DNA of 62,184 nucleotides, counting the filler, from Rhabdomonas costata (Eukaryota), in NCBI GenBank assembly GCA_019059605.1. It is 23 parts of 23 records of this genome, joined end to end, with 100 filler letters (N's around TTAATTAATTAA, not from the genome) between each part and the next. Parts side by side here need not be neighbours in the genome. Positions count along the whole stretch, not along the records: positions 51,471 to 54,073 come from JAHMHO010002663.1; positions 54,174 to 56,777 come from JAHMHO010002664.1; positions 56,878 to 59,480 come from JAHMHO010002665.1; positions 59,581 to 62,184 come from JAHMHO010002666.1; 19 more parts are not named here. The stretch is one strand, 5' to 3'. Below the pieces are notes generated by a model. The model was not told where the DNA came from. It saw nothing but the letters and a program-made list of their open reading frames with translations, and searched no databases. The position numbers and the translations under genes were made by a program. Of this stretch, positions 53,924 through 62,184 are shown one piece after another; position 1 is the stretch's first letter, and the number at the start of each line of letters is the position of its first letter.

Positions 53924-55765
53924 GTACTGCATATGAGTGTACAGTTGTCGTCATTGGTCCTTTGCTGCCCTTTGATGCCCTTTGGCTGGTGATTCTGGTC
54001 TTTGGCAGGTATATTTTTTTTGTTTTTCGCTAGGCTGGACGGCATTCTTACTGAGCAATTTATCCACACAACCNNNNNNNNNNNNNNNNNNNNNNNNNNN
54101 NNNNNNNNNNNNNNNNNTTAATTAATTAANNNNNNNNNNNNNNNNNNNNNNNNNNNNNNNNNNNNNNNNNNNNGTGTGGTTTTGTAGCTCATGGCGTCTT
54201 TTTTATTCGTTTTTCAAAACTTATGAATTAGGCACGCACATCAATTTGGAACGCCAAGTGCCGACACTAGTTTCATTTTATCCGATGAGCTAGACCACGG
54301 CAAACTACACCCATTTTACTTTGCGGTGGTGTGTAGAATTTATTCGCCTCATTTTGGCTGCTATGAATCTATAACTTTTGCTTTCTTGCGTTCTATACGA
54401 TTAATGCTATTTCTATTTTCTCATATGTATCACGTTTAGTTCTCCTAATATATGCTCTTGATCTCTACATCCTGATTACATGTTATATGTCCCGTGGTGA
54501 TACTCTCTCCATTTTACATATATTCCTCTCTATATCTTCGGTCTTCTGGATGCACAATCTCTGATATGATCTTGCTGAGTTGTTCTTCAGCTTCTCGTCC
54601 ACGTCTGTTTCTTCCATTTGGATTGCACTCAAACACCGGGTCTTGTTTTCCAAAAGACTTCTCCTTAGATCACCGTGATTCATCATCACCTCAGTAAATG
54701 GCTCTGTTACCGTTGCATTATCCAAAAACATTCTGGTACAATCCCTCACAGTCCAAAGAAATTCTTCACGTACGCATGATATCTTAAGTTTGTACACACG
54801 CTAACGATCATAAGGGTTTTTGGCTGGGGTTGGAACACGTTTATCCCAGTGATAAACCAGCAATACGTTATTTCTTGCTGCACATTTATCTGGATCATTT
54901 ACTTCTATAGTTGCAAACGATGCTAAACCGCATCACCCACCGTTTCCGTGGCTAAAAAATATAAAAAGAGACCCAGATGTATACCGAGCCACATTTCAAA
55001 AACATCCATAAGAATCATATGTTGAAACTTGTTAGAATGGCGTTTTTGAGTCAAGAAATATGTGACCAGAGAGTTTAGGCAAAGGATTCAAGCAAGGAAG
55101 AGTACAGCGATGAAAGGCATGCACGCAATAGTTGATGATACAACGAGGCGATTAGTTCAAAAAATGTGTGCGGCAGCGGAGCATTTAATGAGCGAGGTTC
55201 AGGAGGAGAGTTTTGTACCAGTTTGTTTTCATATGGATCCAGAAGGAAATAGACGGCATGCTAGCGATAAGATGAAGCACATCGAGGACATTTCCTCCGA
55301 AAAAAATGAGTTTAAGAAGATCAAGAAGCATAGAAATGAAACCACTACAGAAGAAAGAGGAGTGATCTTAATGAAGTCTGTATGTTTCTGTTTACTTATA
55401 TCACGGAATTGAAGAAGGAATTGGTGATTTTGAGTGCTTTGAGCATCTTGGTACATGCTTACGTTTGTGGCGTGATTCTTTGGTTTTGCCGACGCTCCAT
55501 TCGGAAGCCATAGAGGAATGAGTGTAAGAGGACATTTAGAGGTAGAGTAGCATTGTAATTGCTACTGGACAGTCCTATCCGGTGTGTCAAATTGAAGCTG
55601 TGAGGCAGATTAAACCACCGAACAATTAGTTCAAGCAAGAGGCTGAGTTAGCAGAAGAAGTGTAAAACACCAGGTGCTCGGGCAAACGAGGTTGTAAATG
55701 GCAACTCTGTTACCTTCTGAGTGTTCTTAGTGCGAGAAGCGAAGCGGGCAATTCTGTAGTGGAGT

Positions 55766-55808
55766 TTTGCGACGTTTGCGACGTTTGCGACGTTTGCGAC
55801 GTTTGCGA
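55766..55808. repeat. 9-bp tandem repeat (TTTGCGACG) x ~4.8
   Basis: Directly visible. Confidence 0.9.
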
Positions 55809-58800
55809 AGTTTGAAGACGAGTTGCGGAGCAAATGTTGTTAAGTCTCTTTTGGATGAGTTTGATCATAGACTAAGATGGTGACGGAGTGGTAAACAAAG
55901 AGTCCACAGGCGTTGAAAGCTGAGAGTGCAGTGGTTGCGGCCAGGCTCCACATGGCCATGAGCATAAGCAATGTCAACCAGAGAGAAAGAACAACTTCTC
56001 ACACAATTGGGTTGACGGCGATCACAAGGCAAAATCTTTGTGAAATATTCGTGTGAAGGAACCGCTGATGGGAGCGGATCGAGTTGGATACGCCGTGAAG
56101 TCTGACAAGTTACAGCGTAAACATCTAAGGAGCATGAACCGTAGTGACATGCAAGTGTGTTACATCTGCACGTATGGCGCAATGCATAGCATAATTGGAG
56201 CGTTTCTGACACAACTATGTCACCTTACACATCTTACCGTTAACTCTATGCATATGGTCATCGTTACACGTGGTTACAGGCGTACCTTATTACGAAGAAA
56301 ATCTGGCGTCTTTGTTCCACTTCAACTCATACGTTAAATTGTTACTGATATAGTAAGCTGAGTACGTTTTATATTCTTGTGTTCACTTGATTGCAGCACT
56401 AACATGCTGTCGTCACTGTCACGCTTGTTTACGAAATACTTGATCGTACACGAGTGCGCTTCGTTCGTAACATGCAAATGGTGTCCATCCTTCCTGACAT
56501 ACCTGACATATGCAAACATTCCCAAACCACCACTGAAATAGCCAAAGTCCGAACCCATCACGCCACAAAGTCACGACCACCAACCTTTCACATCATATCC
56601 CAACTCTTTCACCACACAGCCAACTTCACCACAAAACACGTCTCAGAACATACCATCCAGTGAAACAAAAGTCCACCCGTCATCACCCGACCAACCCTCC
56701 GACAGACCAACCAACAAGCACAGACACCACCGATCTCAACTCAACGTCAAGAACCACGACACCCACACCCCAACCCCNNNNNNNNNNNNNNNNNNNNNNN
56801 NNNNNNNNNNNNNNNNNNNNNTTAATTAATTAANNNNNNNNNNNNNNNNNNNNNNNNNNNNNNNNNNNNNNNNNNNNGGGGGTTGGTTTAGGGTGTGTGG
56901 GTGACGTTGCGTGGAGTGTGATGGTGGTCAGAATTTGCGCGTTGGTTATTGCGGTGGGTGTGCCAGGTGGTGCGTCTGTGAATGGTACGGGATTATTGTG
57001 GTGTGTATTGGCATAAGTTGAGATGTCTGGATGGTTGGAGTGGTTTGTGTGCGTGTGAATTTTGAGATCAATGTGTGGGGTTAGGCGTTTCTGTGTCATG
57101 GGTGTGTGTTTATTAGATAGGTGTGCTGTAAAGTGGGTTGGGAGGGGATGTTGGTTGTGGGTTTTGCGTGCGTCCGTTTTTCGACTCCAAGTGTAGAGTG
57201 TGTGTGACGGGTGTGGGTGGTATGCGTGGAGTGGGTCGTAGCATAGGGTGAGTGCTGATTGTGGGGCGTGTGTCGGAGCGCGGGATGGGTTGACTTTGCG
57301 CTGGTGTTTGTGGGGTTGAGGTGTTCGGTTTCAGGCAGCAACGGTGTGTCTAGCGTGGGAGGAAGGGTCGTGGTTCCGGGGCAGGTGGCGATGGTGAGGG
57401 TGTGAGCGGGATGGTGTGGTGCGGTTGGGCTGGGTGACTCTGGTGGTGTGGATGGGTGTGGTTCCTGCGTGCCTTTCGAGGTCCCAGGTGACGTGAAGTG
57501 TGTGTGCGTTGGTGGTGAGTGACCAGGGGGGGTGTTGAGGCGTGTCTGGGTGGTTGTTAGTGGTTCGTGCGTTGGGTCTTGGGTGACGTTGGGGCTGTTG
57601 GGTTCTGGTGGTTTGGAAGTGGTAGGGGTGATGTGGGTGTCGGCCTCGGCTGCATCCGTTTCGCGTCTCTGTCTTGGATTGGGTCTGTGGATTGTGGGTT
57701 TAGTCTTGGGTGGGTTGTGGTCTTGGGTCAGTAATTCGTGGTTGGTGTCATGCGTGTGGATTTTGTAACCGGGTGGGAATCTTCGCGTGGGTGTATTGTT
57801 ATGAATTCGTCATTCTGAATTGGAATACAGGCTCTCTATGTATCGGCTATCCGGCATTTGTCATTCGGTCTCATCTGGTCCCTTCGGGATATCTAAGCGC
57901 AGGTAGGTAGAGGGAAAAATAATGTATGACTAGGTGAACCTGGTCATGAGAAGAGGGCACTGGCAATCCAGCATTCGTAAGAACCATCCGGAAGTATCAC
58001 CGTGTTTATGTGGTGGAACGCCTATGCCCACGACTATAGTGGGCAGATTACCCATGTAGCTGGATTTCGTGATATGTGCTTTGTGATGTTGGTAAGTTGG
58101 CGGGCGTTGGTACGGGCATCGGTGTCGTGAGTTGGCAGCGAATCTCTATGTGCGTTAGACGTGATGCTATGGGTTAGGTGCTGTGAGTGTATCTCTGTTG
58201 GTGTTGGGTCGTGTTTCCTTGAACCATACATTGCTCAACCATTGAAGCTGTAATCGTATGCGTGGACGTCGTGACGTCCCTTGACATTTGCCCTTGTGCT
58301 TACGGCTCACGTACCTCCGCGTGGCCACAGCTCACAACGGTAGGGTGATCTCAGGGCATACTGTGAACAACGCGTGTATGTATCTTAGTAGTAGATTTAT
58401 GGCATGTTGTGTGTGTCGTAGCCCGGGTCCTAGGTTTCCACCTGAGGTAGGGTTGGACTGATGTGAGTCATGATGTAACCCTTGATGGGCACCGCACTAT
58501 GGCCGCAGTAAGTGGTAAGACACACCACCCTAGCAACATGATGGCGATTTACACCAACCCATGTCCCTGGTTACCATGGTAGTTGCCTACGTCTCATGGT
58601 GTTTTAGGTACTGTTGGTGCTTTTGCTGCCGGCTGATACGGTATTCTGCCCCCACTCATCGACCTGCGGTGATTTAATGGGATGTGGATATGGTTGTTTT
58701 GGCCACTCAAACACACCTCCACCATCATCACAGTAGACATAAGGTACCTTAGGGTGTGTCTGCTTCACTCTATGTGGTGGTGGTGGTGGTGGTGGCGTTG

Positions 58801-60289
58801 GACGTGCGGACCATGGCTTCCCATCCCCGGCGTTATGTCATCACAAGGTGTGTCCCGGGCGACACGTCAACCCAACGTCGTGTGTTCTCGATGATGGTAA
58901 TGGAAAGGTGCTTCCAATTACGCCTAACGTTGGTAGAAGTTGCGTTAAGGCGTGAGGGCTCATACTACCATTCCAAACCCAGGGACGAGGGACGTTGAGA
59001 CCCGACAGTGAAAAATGAAGACATCCCTTGATTTCGGTCGTGTCATCATCTCTCCCTCCTACAATTCAAGTTTCCTACGGTCATGGGTCATTTTACTGAA
59101 CCCATATATTGACTGTATTATTCCAATTTTTGCTGTCTGACAAAACTCGAAAAAACTTAAAATGGACAATCGTTATCCCCTTCCCCCGCCGGTAAATGTT
59201 GTAAATGTTGGGCCGCAAAAAAGCGCAGGGCCAGGAGGGACAGTGGAGAGCTGTCATTGCCGCAAAACGAGCCAGCCTTCCCTTCGCTTCTTTTTCCAGT
59301 GGGAAACATAGGATGAAAAGCAACCAAAGAATGATGGCAAAGACAGCAGTTTTCTCCAAAGCAGCTCCAGATCCAAGTGAGCAGCTGAGGGATGTTTAGC
59401 GACTCTCCGATAAAAAACACAAAACAGGTCGCTGGCCATGATAGTGAGCCAGTGGGGAGAAGGCACCGTTCGCATCAAGGNNNNNNNNNNNNNNNNNNNN
59501 NNNNNNNNNNNNNNNNNNNNNNNNTTAATTAATTAANNNNNNNNNNNNNNNNNNNNNNNNNNNNNNNNNNNNNNNNNNNNTGTTGGTGGGTGTGAGTCCA
59601 ATCTGGACCTCTGTCAGGACAGATACAGAAGGGACTCACATCGAGACCAATGGGACCAACGTCCGCCAGCCAGAGACAAAGTCTACGAGCGGAGCAGCCA
59701 GAGGCGACGATACAACAAACCTGTCTTACCAAGATCCGCAGGACGACTTCCAAGCCCAGATAGGTACAACCGCAGTATTGTACCTGTCACTACTGTGACC
59801 AAGTTGGGCACTTCATCAGAGAATGTCACCAGCTGAAGACCGAGCCACATAGAAAGGAGGATGAGTAGCACAGATGGTCGGGTAGCGTGTCGTTAGAATG
59901 TGGAGACGGATGGCGTAGGGTTGGTTTTGAGATGTCAAACTTGGGAGGGAAATTAGATGGGCGCCTGTCTCTCGAGATGAGGGTGAGCTCCACGCTTTCC
60001 AGTACGGAGCGTGTTGTTGTGTAGAGCTGTGGAGAGCGTTACAAGTATTGTACGGTAATTGTATCAGTAAGGACGGACTACCTGAGGGAGCAACGTTCTG
60101 AGCAGATAGCGCTGGGAGATCGACCAGGAAAATATGATTGTTCTTACTTTTCCAAATCAACTTTTCATTTTCAAACACTACCAGGGATTCCCAAAAAAAA
60201 CTAACACTGAAAGCTTTGTTTCTTGAGCGGGTGGTCCCCGACGTTGACGTTTCCATTGAAGAAGGATCAGACCCCCCGCCGCCGAGGCC

Positions 60290-62184
60290 ACTATTGTTCC
60301 TACCGCTTAACTTTGTGAAACATGCAGTGCCCGACCTGTTGGATTCAGGGGCTTCAGATTGCTTCATGGGCGAAGCCCTGGTCATTGAGCTGCAACTACC
60401 GCGCAAGCTTATGAAGCAGTTGATGTCAGTCAGAGTCGCTAACGGAACCACCTTGGTGGTCGACACCTTTGTCAGAGTGTCTGCTTTGCTGGGCAAAATG
60501 CCTGTGCGTCTGTTCTTTAGTGTGTTTTTAACCCCCACCCTACCGATCACCAAATAGACCTGGTGACATTTGGCCAACCCCTCGCAACTCCACTGACGTG
60601 AAAAGCTTCTTAGGCATTTGTGGTTTTTATCAACGTTTTGTCCACGACTACGCTACCGTTACAGCGCCACTAACGGATCTAATGAAGAAGCACCGAAGCG
60701 TTCGAGGAACTCAAACGCCGACTCCTCAAACACCCCGTCCTAATGGTTCCAGATTTGTCCAAACCACTCATTCTACACACTGACGCTTCATAAGTTGGTG
60801 TCGGCGCAACACTTTCACAAAACTACGAGAAAAGAGACATACGGCTTGTTGCTTGCCGATCTCGGAAATGCTAGCCTTGGTGGATTCTCTATAAGTATGG
60901 CTTCATTATCTACTGGGTGCAGAAGTGCACGTCATATTGACAACTTTGCAATCGGGTACATACAGAAAAGCCCCCGCACTGCACCCAGACAAATAAGATG
61001 GCTAGGAAAACGTCAGGCGTTATCGCTCAAGATCACCCACATACATGGGAGACTTAACTCAGCCGCTGATGCGCTGTCGCGAGAACCGATGGATGAGTCA
61101 GCGCTCTTCAGTGCTCTGATCGCAGAAGCCATTAAAAAGCCAACGCCAATCTACTTTGATGGTCCTCTCTGCGCGCCCATCCAGATGCAGACCGCAGAAG
61201 ACTCAACTAAAACCGTAAAGACCCAGAGTGCAGAGACAAGTACTTTTATCCTGACACCCTCGGCCTAACGGTTGACGGAGCATTCAGCTACCGGTTAGGA
61301 CGCATGTGGGAAGACGACCGTATTGTCGTTCCAGATTACAAAATTGCTGAAATCATTCAAAAGTACCACGATTTCCCTGCAGCTGGACATTGGTGAATTC
61401 ACCGGACCGTAGCCATGATCAAACGTCGCTACACCTTTCCCCACATCAAGCGACGCGTCTGCTAGTATGTCAAAACCTGCCACCACTGTCAACTAAGTAA
61501 GGCAGAGCACCATCTACCGCGTGATATACTGGAAGCTCTAAAGATCACTAAACGGAAATGGCAGTCTGTCTCAATGGACTGGGCAAAGTGGACGAGTGCC
61601 AACTACCGGGCAACCCAATGGTCTTTGACCAGATCCTAACTGTCACAGACAGGGGAACCAAAATGGTTCATCTGATTCCAACCAACAAGCACCACACCGA
61701 TGAGATGACAGCAGCCACGTTTTTGGATGCTGTTGTCAAGTAACATGGGCTACCGCGACGTGTGGTCTCCGACAGGGATCAGCTTTTCATGCACACCTTT
61801 TGGCAGACAGTATGCAGAGCCCTGTAAATCAAAGTACGCACGGCCTCCAGGGCCCTCTTCTAGTACTCCAGCGCCACCTCCGCAAGCCCCCCGCCGCCCT
61901 CAGCACCACCACCAGGGGGTCCGAGCTTCAACCCCGTACCATCCACAGACTAACGGACAGGCTGAACGAACTAATCATACACTAAAGCAGGTCTTTCGAA
62001 TACTGCAGATCCAACAACCTACCATTCACTGGGTTTATCACATACCGTTGGCGTAAATGGAAATAAACAACGCTCCAATCGCGAGCACGGAGGTTAGTTC
62101 ATACTAACTAAACTATTATTATTCCACCATGTTTTATTTGGTGATGTACCAGATGCTACCAACACGGAGCAATTCTAGCACACA
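60290..62184 (+). mobile_element. Degenerate Ty3/gypsy LTR retrotransposon pol (PR, RT mostly deleted, RH, IN)
   Basis: Protease LLDSGASDCFM…VRVANG (~60330). RT thumb/connection DVKSFLGICGFYQRFV.DYA..TAPLTDL (~60600). RNase H LHTDAS and NSAADALSR. Integrase GHW…VKTCHHCQ, WQSVSMDW, HGLP..VVSDRD..F, STPYHPQTNGQAERTN. Many stops and frameshifts. Confidence 0.95.

Noticed and set aside
55715..55724. TTCTGAGTGT resembling part of the euglenid spliced leader
   Set aside because: Only about 10 nt match, with no T-run or donor following.

Overview
This window is not one locus. It is 23 unrelated ~2.6 kb contigs joined by artificial 100-nt spacers (N-run, TTAATTAATTAA, N-run), so no synteny holds across spacers. 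The DNA is eukaryotic and intron-rich. It is most likely euglenozoan (euglenid-like), judged from HSP60 and Notchless sequence features, TTAGGG repeats and a CRE-type retroelement. G/T-only contig starts, C/A-only contig ends and terminal fold-backs point to a whole-genome-amplified library. Spliced gene fragments I could reconstruct: HECT E3 ligase, ankyrin-SPRY protein, delta-9 desaturase, HAD-like hydrolase, HSP60, CCCH/TSSC4-like protein, kinesin-3 FHA region, Kelch protein, two MAPK pieces, SGNH hydrolase, ankyrin protein, sphinganine C4-hydroxylase, DUF1294 protein and Notchless. There is also a damaged ADP-ribosyltransferase domain and decayed Ty3/gypsy, CRE-like and other non-LTR elements. 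The most notable patterns are: (1) frequent GC-AG introns plus a non-GTRAGT donor consensus; (2) every same-contig gene pair is head-to-tail and close, suggesting polycistronic organisation; (3) a small TIR element carrying telomeric repeats sits inside a retrotransposon's microsatellite tail; (4) an otherwise intact DUF1294 gene has TGA at a conserved Arg; (5) a MAPK N-terminal exon lies downstream of MAPK C-terminal exons. I cannot demonstrate a complete novel system. All family calls come from motif recognition by eye, not database searches.
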